DNA from: Vicinamibacterales bacterium
GTDB lineage: Bacteria > Acidobacteriota > Vicinamibacteria > Vicinamibacterales > CAVVIG01
Reading direction: 5' to 3'
DNA: 64,000 nt
Assembly: GCA_036004865.1 (NCBI GenBank)
Contig: DASYQZ010000046.1
Span: 11,473 to 75,472 of the forward strand
The translations under genes were made by a program, and so were the position numbers. The notes beneath the pieces are model-generated. The model saw only the letters and a list, made by a program, of their open reading frames with translations, searched no databases and was not told where the DNA came from. Every line of letters begins with the position of its first letter. Within the stretch, counting starts at the first letter, position 1. Below are positions 17,698-28,264 of the stretch, in pieces.

Positions 17698-18596
17698 GGC
17701 TGTGACTTGAAAGTCTGAAGTCTTAGGTCTGAAGTCTGAGCTGTCGAAAGGATCCCGGCTCCGTCAGACTTCAGACTTCCGACTGCAGACTTACGAGTGC
17801 GTCGTCGCATCGTCAGATAAGCGGACAGCCACGGTTGTCCCCACGTGGCCGAGTGGCGGCCCGCAGTGTCGATGCGTTCGGCGGTGCCGGCCTCGATCTC
17901 CAGCAGTTTGTCGCGGATGGCGTCGAGATGTTCGAGCACGACGCGGTGCTGCGTGATGACGTGCGATTCGGCGTTGTCGGCCCCGTCGGCCCCGTCGGCC
18001 CCGTCGGCCCCGTCGGCGTTGACGCGGAAATAGCCGTACACCGGACCCGTGTCGACACCCGTGTCGATGCGCAGCAGCGTCATGCCGACGTTCCGGTCGT
18101 CGCCGGTCGCGCGCGCCCAGAAACAGCCGTGCGCGTTGCGGTACTCAGGACAGATACCTGGATGCATCACGTACGTCCCGAGCTGCGGGATCGTGAAGAT
18201 CCGCTCCTTGAGCAGCGTTTTGCAACGCGCGAGCACGAGTTCAGGCTGATGCTCGCGGATGAACGCCTCAGCCTCGGGCGAGTTCGGCGACGACACGATC
18301 AATTCCGGCGTGTCGGGCCGTTCGGGAAACCAGGTGCGCAGCCGCGCCAGCTCGCGTTGCTCCCACACGCGGTCGCCGCGCGCATGCGCGAGCCGGTAGT
18401 ACAGACGAAACGCCAACACGTCGAAAAATCGCCAGAAGCCGACGCGCGACATCTCGCGTTTGATCCGGTTCTTCAGCCGGCCGCCCGGTTCGCGGATCAC
18501 GACGGTGCCGGTGAAGGTCGAAAACGAGGCGAGCCATCGCACGAGCCCCTCGCGATCGAGCGCGGCGTCGTCATGGCAAATGAGCAGTGTCTTCAT
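17694..18596 (-). CDS. Formyltransferase-like protein (Fmt/PurN N-terminal fold)
   Basis: YVMHPGICPEYRNAHGCFWA..GMTLLRIDTGVDTGPVY resembles the formyl_trans_N core. It contains a (GAD)4 insert, and its last 30 aa or so are encoded by a GAAGTCT palindromic element. Confidence 0.6.
   Translation of the reverse strand: MKTLLICHDDAALDREGLVRWLASFSTFTGTVVIREPGGRLKNRIKREMSRVGFWRFFDVLAFRLYYRLAHARGDRVWEQRELARLRTWFPERPDTPELIVSSPNSPEAEAFIREHQPELVLARCKTLLKERIFTIPQLGTYVMHPGICPEYRNAHGCFWARATGDDRNVGMTLLRIDTGVDTGPVYGYFRVNADGADGADGADGADNAESHVITQHRVVLEHLDAIRDKLLEIEAGTAERIDTAGRHSATWGQPWLSAYLTMRRRTRKSAVGSLKSDGAGILSTAQTSDLRLQTFKSQP
17706..17797. repeat. Palindromic periodic-unit element, GAAGTCT family, copy 1
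   Basis: The arms CTTGAAAGTCTGAAGTCTTAGGTCTGAAGTCTGAG and GTCAGACTTCAGACTTCCGACTGCAGACTTACGAG are near reverse complements. It lies inside the 3' end of ORF 17694-18596. Confidence 0.85.
17976..18018 (-). repeat. 9-nt tandem repeat (GTCGGCCCC x4 plus partial) encoding GADGADGADGAD
   Basis: Perfect direct repeats, in frame, inside the formyltransferase-like ORF. Confidence 0.9.
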
Positions 18597-18602
18597 TTTT
18601 GA

Positions 18603-18632
18603 TGCTCGCGGGGCCCCGCCCCCACTCGCTAC
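18603..18632. repeat. GC-rich short repeat GCTCGCGGGGC.., partial copy
   Basis: GCTCGCGGGGCCCCGCCCCCACTCGCTACC in the 32-nt spacer between stop 18629 and start 18596. Confidence 0.35.
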
Positions 18633-19945
18633 CAGCAGATACCGCGATAGTCTGCCTTCACGAGCGAGCCGTCGAACGGCAGCCGCACGAGGTCGATGAC
18701 GATCTGATCCGGCCGCGTGCGGGTGAGCGCGTCGACGAACTCCGGCGACTGGTTGCCGACGACGATGACCTCGGACTTCTCGATGATTTCGTCGATGGTC
18801 GTGCAGAGCAGCGACGAAAGATGCGGAATCTGCTTCTCGATGTATTCCTTGTTCGCGCCGACCAGCTTCGCGAGCGACACGTTCTTGTCGTAGATGCAGA
18901 GCGATCGGCCCTTGCCGAGCAGCTGCTCCGCGAGGATGACGATCGGGCTCTCGCGCAAATCGTCGGTGCCCGCTTTGAAGCTGAAGCCGAGCAATCCGAT
19001 CTTCTGCTTGCCCGTGTCCATGACCTCGTCGAACGCGCGCTGAATCTGCAGCTTGTTGCTCGGCAGAATCTGCGAGATGACGGGGAGCTCGACGTCCATC
19101 TCCTTCGCGCGGTACTGCAGCGCGCGAACGTCTTTCGGCAGGCACGAGCCGCCGAACGCGAACCCCGGCTTCAGGTAGTACGGCGACAGGTTCAGCTTCT
19201 CGTCACGGCAGAAGATGTCCATCACCTCGTGGCTGTCGACGCCGACGCGCTTGCACAGGTTGCCGATCTCGTTCGCGAAGCACACCTTCAGCGCGTGCCA
19301 GGCGTTGCTCGTGTACTTCATCATCTCGGCGACGCAGATGCTGGTGCTGACGAGCGGCGCGTCGATCGCCTGATACAGCGCGATCGTCCCGCTCGCGTCC
19401 GCCGCATGGTTGTGGCCGACGAGCGTCAGCGGCGGCTTGCGGAAGTCCTTGAGCGCCGTGCCTTCGCGGAGGAACTCGGGATTGACCGAGACGCCGAAGC
19501 CGTCGCCGTACTTCTTGCCCGACTCGCGCTCGAGCGCGGGAATCACCATCTCGTGCGTCGTGCCGGGCAGCACGGTGCTGCGGACGACGACGACGTGATA
19601 GGACGACTTGTTCTTCAGGGCGACGCCGATCTGCTCGGCGACGCGCTCCAGATAGGTCAGATCGAGGCTGCCGTTCTTCCGGCTCGGCGTGCCGACGCAC
19701 AGCAGCGAGACGTCCGAGTCGGCAATCGCGTCGGCCGTGTTCGTCGTCGCGCGCAGGCGTCCGTCCGCCACCGCGCGCGCGAGCAGGCCGTCGAGCCCGG
19801 GTTCGACAATCGGGCTGCGGCCGGCATTGACCGTCGCGACCTTGTCGGCGTTGACGTCGACGCCGATCACTTCATGACCATCAGCGGCGAACGAGGCCGC
19901 CGAGACGCTTCCAACGTAACCGAGACCGAACACTGAGACTCTCAT
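18629..19945 (-). CDS. GDP-mannose 6-dehydrogenase-like nucleotide-sugar dehydrogenase (AlgD type)
   Basis: MRVSVFGLGYVGSVSAASFAADGHEVIGVDVN Rossmann start, SPIVEPGL and LCVGTPS. About 438 aa and colinear with AlgD as recalled from memory. Confidence 0.8.
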   Translation of the reverse strand: MRVSVFGLGYVGSVSAASFAADGHEVIGVDVNADKVATVNAGRSPIVEPGLDGLLARAVADGRLRATTNTADAIADSDVSLLCVGTPSRKNGSLDLTYLERVAEQIGVALKNKSSYHVVVVRSTVLPGTTHEMVIPALERESGKKYGDGFGVSVNPEFLREGTALKDFRKPPLTLVGHNHAADASGTIALYQAIDAPLVSTSICVAEMMKYTSNAWHALKVCFANEIGNLCKRVGVDSHEVMDIFCRDEKLNLSPYYLKPGFAFGGSCLPKDVRALQYRAKEMDVELPVISQILPSNKLQIQRAFDEVMDTGKQKIGLLGFSFKAGTDDLRESPIVILAEQLLGKGRSLCIYDKNVSLAKLVGANKEYIEKQIPHLSSLLCTTIDEIIEKSEVIVVGNQSPEFVDALTRTRPDQIVIDLVRLPFDGSLVKADYRGICW

Positions 19946-19958
19946 AGGGCGGACCTTT

Positions 19959-20065
19959 GTATTGCGGATTGAGGATTGCGGATTGCGGATTTATTGGGGA
20001 TTGACAGGTGAGCGGCTTGCGAATCGCGCAAAGAATCCGCATTCCGCATTCCGCAATCCGCAATG
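19959..20065. repeat. CGGATTG-family palindromic element, short form
   Basis: GTATTGCGGATTGAGGATTGCGGATTGCGGATTTATTGG ... AATCCGCATTCCGCATTCCGCAATCCGCAATG. It lies within the 3' end of ORF 19942-21282. Confidence 0.9.
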
Positions 20066-21238
20066 ACTTGGAGCGCGCTTTCCAGCGCTCCGGCAACGGC
20101 AGACCAGTCGTACTTCTCGACTACGAGCGAGCGGGCGGCGGCTTCGAGCTGGCGCCGGCGATCGATGTCGCGCAACAGGTGCACCACCGCGCGCGCGAAT
20201 GTGTTCGGCTCGTCGGCCAGCAGCACGTGCTCGCCGTTGGTGACGGGCAGCCCCTCGGCGCCGATCGTCGTCGACACGACCGCCTTGCCCATGGCCATCG
20301 CTTCGAAGATCTTCAGGCGAGTGCCGCCGCCGATGCGCAGCGGCACGATGTACACCGCTGCATCCCGCATGTACGGCCGCACGTCGTCGACGCGACCGGT
20401 GACGCGGACGTTCGCGTGGTCGGCGAGCTGTTTGACCGCAGGCGTCGGCGCGCGGCCGACGATCGAGAGACGCACATCCGGCTCTTCGGCGCGAATGAGC
20501 GGCAGCACGTCGCGGCAGAAGAACAGCATCGCGTCTTCGTTCGGCAGCCAATCCATCGATCCGGTGAACACGATCTCGCGCGAGACCGCCTCGCTCGCTG
20601 ACGCGGTGAAGTAATCCGTGTCCACGCCGGTCGGCACGACATGCGCCGGATTGCGGACCGCACCGGGATAGATCCGTGCGAACGTGTCGCGATCCGCGTC
20701 CGAGACGGCGAGGACGCCGTCGAAGCGGGCGAGCGTGTTCCCTTCGTAGCGCAGCATCCGCCGATACTGCATGCCGTACAGCCATTTCGAGAGCGCGCTG
20801 GTCTTCGTTTCCGCATGCCGCCGCCAGATCTCCGCCTCGACGTTGTGCGTGAAGATGACGGCGGGGCAGGGGAGCCGCTTCGGCAGATTGACGGCCGGGA
20901 AGAGGAAGTCGCAGACGATCAGATCGAAGTTGCCGTTGGCGAGCAGCGCGTCGAGCCGCTGCCTGAATGCGGCCGAGCGGTATTTGCCGACGGCGTACGG
21001 CAGCGGATCCACGAGGTGCTTGGCGGCGTCGGCGTAGAACTCCCACGTGCCTTTTGTCGGCTCCGATCGCGTGATGGTCTCAACCCGCGCGGCGACCTCG
21101 CGCATCGCATTGCCGCTCGGGCTGGCGCCCACGCCATGTCCAGAGGTGTCGCCAGGCTCCGCGAACGCGAGATACGTGATCTCGTGATGCTTCGCGAGGT
21201 GGCGCATCAGGTGCCACGTGCGGAGCTTGCCGCCCTTG

Positions 21239-23200
<1,962 letters not shown>

Positions 23201-23202
23201 GA

Positions 23203-25128
23203 CTACGCTGCCTCGCTCGACCGCGCCGCCGCCGGCGTCGCATCGACGAATTGCCGGAACCAGAGCTCCAGCATCACCAGGCTCCAGAGACGATGACGGT
23301 GGTCGGCGGCCTGCGTGCGATGCTCGCGCCAGAGGCGCGCCACCTCGCGGTCGTCGAAGATGCCGCGGCCCCGCAGCCGGCCGTCGAGCAGCAGGTCGTC
23401 GACCATCGGGGCGAGCGGTCCGCGCAGCCATTCGCCGGTCGGCGCCTCGAAGCCGTGCTTCGGCCGATCGACGATGGATTTCGGCACGCGCCGCTCGAGC
23501 AGCCGGCGCAGCAGGTATTTGCTGCGGCCGTTCTTCAGCTTGAGCGCGCTCGGCACCTTCGCCGCGAACTCGAGCAGCGTGTGATCGAGCAGCGGCTCGC
23601 GCGACTCGAGCGACACCGCCATGCTCATCCTGTCGACCTTGGTCATGATGTCGTCGACGAGGTACGTCTTGACGTCGACGTACAGCGCGCGATCGACCGG
23701 GTCGGGCGACGCGCACGAGTCGTAGGCGAGGCGGAAGCCGATGAACGGATCGGCGTCGCGCACTTCGGTCGCGAAGTCGCGCGAGTAGAGCGCCTCGCGC
23801 GCGTCCGATTCGAAGAGGCCATACGCGTGCTTGCGCGCGCACGCGTCGGCAGGCGAGAGCGCGAGATGCCGCAGCGATCGCGCCCCTTTGAGGCCGAGCG
23901 GCAGGCGATTCGCGAGCCGGCCCACGAGATTCGTGCTGCCGCCGAGCCACTGCCGCGCCGACGCCTCCCATCGCTCGACACGATGACGCGCGTAGCCGGC
24001 CCACAGCTCGTCGCCGCCGTCGCCCGACAGCGCCACCGTCACGTGTTCGCGCGCCGCTTTCGAGACGTAGTACGTCGGCACCGCCGAGGAGTCGGCGAAC
24101 GGTTCGTCCAGGTGCCATGCGAGCGCGGGCAGCAGATTGACGATGGCCTGGCCGCCGGGCTTGACGATGGTCTCGTGCTGCTCGGTGCCGAGATGCTGCG
24201 CGACCACGCGCGCGTGTTCGAGCTCGTTGAACGCGTCCTCGTCGAAGCCGACCGACGTCGTGACGACGCGGCCGGCGCTCGTCGCGACCATCGCCGCCAC
24301 GACGGCGCTCGAGTCGATGCCGCCCGAGAGGAACGCGCCGAGCGGGACGTCGCTGATCAGGCGCAGGCGCACCGACTCGGTGACGAGCGCGTCGAGCCGA
24401 TCGAGGTATTCGTCTTCGTCCTGCTTGTCGATCGCGCGATCGGCCTCGCCGGTGAACGCGAGATCCCAGTACCGTCGAATCGAAACGCGGCCGTTCTCGG
24501 CGACGAGGAGATGCGCGGGCGGCAGCTTCCAAATCGCGCGATAGATCGTCTGCGGACACGGTACGTACTGCAGCGTGAGGTACGCGTCGAGCGCCTCGGG
24601 ACTCCAGTCGCGCGTGACGGCCGGATCCTCGAGCAGCGACTTGATCTCCGATCCGAACGTCACGCCATGAGGCGTCACGGCGTAGTGGAGCGGTTTGACG
24701 CCGAGGCGGTCGCGCACGAGCACCAGCCGGCGCCGGCGCTCGTCCCAGAGCGCGTACGCGAACATGCCGCGGAAGCGCTCGACCGCGCTATCGCCCCACT
24801 GCTCGTGCGCGTGCACGATGACCTCGGTGTCGCTGTTCGTACGGAACCGGTGGCCCGACGCGACGAGCTCCGCGCGAACGTCCGCGAAGTTGTAGATCTC
24901 GCCGTTGAAGACGACCCACACCGTGCCGTCCTCGTTCGACATCGGCTGATCGCCGGTCGAGAGATCGATGATGCTGAGCCGCCGGTGGCCGAGGCCGATG
25001 CCCGGCCCGACGTGGAAGCCGTCGGCGTCGGGACCGCGATGCGCGACGGCGGAGGTCATCGCCGTCAGACGCTCGGTGTCGATGGGCTGCGTCGGATCGA
25101 AATTGAATTTTCCCGCGATACCACACAT
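23203..25128 (-). CDS. Asparagine synthase-like amidotransferase, paralog 2
   Basis: MCGIAGKF, RRLSIIDLSTGDQP and SGGIDSS. The start at 25128 lies 1 nt after the upstream stop. Confidence 0.9.
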   Translation of the reverse strand: MCGIAGKFNFDPTQPIDTERLTAMTSAVAHRGPDADGFHVGPGIGLGHRRLSIIDLSTGDQPMSNEDGTVWVVFNGEIYNFADVRAELVASGHRFRTNSDTEVIVHAHEQWGDSAVERFRGMFAYALWDERRRRLVLVRDRLGVKPLHYAVTPHGVTFGSEIKSLLEDPAVTRDWSPEALDAYLTLQYVPCPQTIYRAIWKLPPAHLLVAENGRVSIRRYWDLAFTGEADRAIDKQDEDEYLDRLDALVTESVRLRLISDVPLGAFLSGGIDSSAVVAAMVATSAGRVVTTSVGFDEDAFNELEHARVVAQHLGTEQHETIVKPGGQAIVNLLPALAWHLDEPFADSSAVPTYYVSKAAREHVTVALSGDGGDELWAGYARHRVERWEASARQWLGGSTNLVGRLANRLPLGLKGARSLRHLALSPADACARKHAYGLFESDAREALYSRDFATEVRDADPFIGFRLAYDSCASPDPVDRALYVDVKTYLVDDIMTKVDRMSMAVSLESREPLLDHTLLEFAAKVPSALKLKNGRSKYLLRRLLERRVPKSIVDRPKHGFEAPTGEWLRGPLAPMVDDLLLDGRLRGRGIFDDREVARLWREHRTQAADHRHRLWSLVMLELWFRQFVDATPAAARSSEAA

Positions 25129-25129
25129 G

Positions 25130-26260
25130 TTAGGAAGCTGCCCAGACAGGTTGGTCCGCCGCGACAATGCCGCGGCGGGTGAGCTCGGTGACGTAGACGA
25201 ATTCGAAGGCGGCGACCATGCGGTCGAATGAAAAGCGCGCGCACACGTCGGCGCGGGCCGCATCGCCAAGACGGCTCGCCAGAGGCGGATCGGCCATCAG
25301 CCGGCACAGTCGATCGGCGAGCGACGCCGAATCGCCTGCGGGCGCCAGCAGTCCCGTGCGCTCGTGGTCGATCAGCTCGAGGATGCCGCCGACGCCCGAT
25401 GCGACGATCGGCAGCCCGGACGCCATCGCTTCGAGCACCGCATTCGGGAACGCCTCCGATCGCGACGGCAGGACGAACACATCCGCTTCCGCCAGCTTCG
25501 CCGGCACATCGTCGTGATGCCCGACGAACGTGAAGGCGTGCAGCACGCCGCGCGTCTCGGCGCGCGCCACGAGCGTTTGAAGCTCTGGTCCGCCGCCCAC
25601 GCATTCGAAGTGCGCGTCGGGGAAGCGGCGCAGGACGTCGACGGCCGCGTCGATCAGGACGTCGTGACCTTTTTCGCGCCGGAGGTTCGCGACGCAGACG
25701 ATGTTGCGGAGCCGCGCGGCGGGCCGCCGCGCCTGGAATCGCTGAACGTCGAGACCATTCGGCACGACGGCGATCCTGCGCGGTGGGATGCGCTCGGCGA
25801 TCAGCCGATCGGCTGCCGCGTGAGAGTTCGCGATGATCTTGTGGGCGAAGCTGTAGGCGCCGCGCTGCATGGCGATTTGCGCCGCCGACTTGTCCGGGTT
25901 GATTTCGCGCCGGTTGCCGATTCGCACCGGCACGCCCGCGAGCGCCGCGCCCGGCAATCCGAAGATGTTCGAGTAGAGCTCGGTTGTATGGACAACTGCA
26001 ATGCGCTGCGCGCGGCACCAGTGAGCGAAGGACCAGAGGTGCCGCAGCGTCTTCGGCGAGCTGAAGCTCGTGACCGGAAAGACCGCGACCGATGAGGCGG
26101 CTTCCCGCACGCGTTCGAACCACGCACCGCGAGTGTGAAAGCAGGCGACGTGTACGTCCCAGCGCCTCGGATCGAGACGGCGCACCAGCTCGATCATTTG
26201 GCGCTCGGTTCCACCAGGATCGAAGCTGGTCATCACGATCGCGATCGGGAGCGTGCTCAT
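25130..26260 (-). CDS. Glycosyltransferase family 4 (resembles stp2 type)
   Basis: IAIVMTSFDPGGTERQMIELVRRL and EAFPNAVLEAMASGLPIVAS. ATG 26260 is preferred because ATG 26275 lies inside the sigma-54 box. Confidence 0.8.
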   Translation of the reverse strand: MSTLPIAIVMTSFDPGGTERQMIELVRRLDPRRWDVHVACFHTRGAWFERVREAASSVAVFPVTSFSSPKTLRHLWSFAHWCRAQRIAVVHTTELYSNIFGLPGAALAGVPVRIGNRREINPDKSAAQIAMQRGAYSFAHKIIANSHAAADRLIAERIPPRRIAVVPNGLDVQRFQARRPAARLRNIVCVANLRREKGHDVLIDAAVDVLRRFPDAHFECVGGGPELQTLVARAETRGVLHAFTFVGHHDDVPAKLAEADVFVLPSRSEAFPNAVLEAMASGLPIVASGVGGILELIDHERTGLLAPAGDSASLADRLCRLMADPPLASRLGDAARADVCARFSFDRMVAAFEFVYVTELTRRGIVAADQPVWAAS

Positions 26261-26279
26261 CGGCACGCCAGCCATCTGA

Positions 26280-26294
26280 GCAAGGCAGGTGCCA
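26280..26294 (-). promoter_or_regulatory. sigma-54 promoter, perfect core TGGCACCTGCCTTGC
   Basis: Matches TGGCAC-N5-TTGC on the minus strand, in the 51-nt spacer after the AsnB paralog 3 stop. There are 19 nt from the -12 C to ATG 26260. Confidence 0.6.
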
Positions 26295-26326
26295 GCAGAG
26301 TTCAGGAAAAGCGGCCGTTTTTACCG

Positions 26327-28264
26327 TCAGCGCGACCGTACCGCCGCGCTGGAGGGAACCGCTGGTGCGGAGAGTGGAAAGCGTTTGCTGTCCACATACT
26401 CCTGATGCCAACGCTCGAACACGACGAGTTGCCAGAGGCGCAGCGTGTGGTCGCGCTTGCCCGCGACGTGCTCGTCGACGAGCTGACGGACGAAGAGCGG
26501 CTGGAAGTAGCCGCGCTGCAGGCTCGCCGGCGAGAGCAGCGTGTCGGCGAACAGCTCGCGCAGATTGCCTCTGAACCACGTGCCGAGGGGCACGCCGAAG
26601 CCCTGCTTGCGGCGGTTCAGAATCTCCGGCGGCAGCAGTGTCGCCGCCACCGCTTTCAGCACGTGCTTGCGGCGGCCGTCTTTGATTTTCAGTGAAGCCG
26701 GCAGCGTCGACGCGAGCTCGATGACCTCGTTGTCGAGGAGCGGCACGCGCGATTCGATCGAGTGCGCCATGCTCATGCGATCGACTTTCGTCAGCACGTC
26801 CTCGGGGAGATACGTCTCGGCGTCGAAGCGCATCATCTGACTCGGCCACGGCAGATGCGCGTACCGCTCGAAATGCGACGCGAGCCGCGTCTCGGGATCC
26901 TGACCGTCGAGCCGCTGCCGGACGTCGCCGGCGAGCAGCGCCGGCTTCTCGTCGGCGCTGAAGAAGCGGATCGAGTCGAGATAGCGTCCCTGCTCGTCGC
27001 GCGCGACGTGGCGCAGGAAGTTCTTGCCGCGCGCGCCGTGCGGCAGCTTCGCGGCGGCAATCGCGGCCACGCGGCGAAACGCGCGCGGGCTGTAGCGATC
27101 GAACGCGACGACGCGCGGATGCGGGACGTAGCGATCGTAGCCGCCGAACAGCTCGTCGCCGCCGTCGCCGGAGAGCACGACGGTGACGTGCCGGCGCGCC
27201 ATCTCGGAGACGTACCACGTCGGGATCGCGGACGAATCGGCGAACGGCTCGTCGAAATGCCAGACGAGGCGATCGAGGATGGCGACGCCGTCCGGCTTCA
27301 CCACGAACTCGTGATGATCGGTGCCGAAGTGCCGCGCGACGCGCCGCGCGTGCTCGAGCTCGTCGAACGCCGGCTCGTCGAAGCCGATGGAGAACGTCTT
27401 CACGCGCGCGCCCGACGTCTCGGTCATCAGCCCGACGACGAGGCTCGAATCGATGCCGCCCGAGAGAAACGCGCCGAGCGGCACGTCGCTGACCAGGTGC
27501 GATCGCACGGCGTCCGCCAGCACCTGCCGCAGATCGCGGATCGCGTCGGCCTCCGATCCGGTGTACGTCTCGGCGGCCGGGAGCTGCCAGTACCGCTCGA
27601 TCGCGAGGTGGCCGTCGTGCCAGGTCATCAGATGTCCGGGCGGCAGTTTCCGGACGCTCTTGAAGATGGATCCGTCGCGAGGCGTGTACAGGAACGACAG
27701 GTAATGGTCGAGCGCGTCGAGATCGAGATCGCGCGGCAGATCCGGCGCCTCGAGCAGCGACTTCAGCTCCGAGCCGAAGTACAGGCGGCCGTTTTCTTCC
27801 GCGTAGTAGATCGGCTTGATGCCGATGCGATCGCGCGCGACGAGCAGCGATTTCGACCGGTCGTCCCAGATCGCCAGGCCGAACATCCCGCGCAGCCGCG
27901 CGATCGCGTTCGCGCCCCACTGCTCGTAGGCGTGCACGATGACTTCGGTGTCCGTGGCCGTGTAGAAGCGGTGCCCCTCCGCCTCGAGCCGGGCGCGGAG
28001 CTCGCGGAAATTGTAGATCTCGCCGTTGAACACGATCCAGATCGTGCGGTCCTCGTTGTGAATCGGCTGGTGGCCGGTCGACAGATCGATGATGCTCAGG
28101 CGCCGCATCCCGAGCGCGACGCCTTCGGCGACGAACATACCCTCATCGTCCGGACCGCGATGCCGGATGACGTCGCACATGCGATGAATCAGATCGTGCG
28201 CCTCGTCGGGGCCGAACGGAGCGTGCGCGCCGGAAGACTCTACGAAACCTGCGATACCGCACAT
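26327..28264 (-). CDS. Asparagine synthase-like amidotransferase, paralog 3
   Basis: MCGIAGFV, RRLSIIDLSTGHQP and SGGIDSS. Confidence 0.9.
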   Translation of the reverse strand: MCGIAGFVESSGAHAPFGPDEAHDLIHRMCDVIRHRGPDDEGMFVAEGVALGMRRLSIIDLSTGHQPIHNEDRTIWIVFNGEIYNFRELRARLEAEGHRFYTATDTEVIVHAYEQWGANAIARLRGMFGLAIWDDRSKSLLVARDRIGIKPIYYAEENGRLYFGSELKSLLEAPDLPRDLDLDALDHYLSFLYTPRDGSIFKSVRKLPPGHLMTWHDGHLAIERYWQLPAAETYTGSEADAIRDLRQVLADAVRSHLVSDVPLGAFLSGGIDSSLVVGLMTETSGARVKTFSIGFDEPAFDELEHARRVARHFGTDHHEFVVKPDGVAILDRLVWHFDEPFADSSAIPTWYVSEMARRHVTVVLSGDGGDELFGGYDRYVPHPRVVAFDRYSPRAFRRVAAIAAAKLPHGARGKNFLRHVARDEQGRYLDSIRFFSADEKPALLAGDVRQRLDGQDPETRLASHFERYAHLPWPSQMMRFDAETYLPEDVLTKVDRMSMAHSIESRVPLLDNEVIELASTLPASLKIKDGRRKHVLKAVAATLLPPEILNRRKQGFGVPLGTWFRGNLRELFADTLLSPASLQRGYFQPLFVRQLVDEHVAGKRDHTLRLWQLVVFERWHQEYVDSKRFPLSAPAVPSSAAVRSR

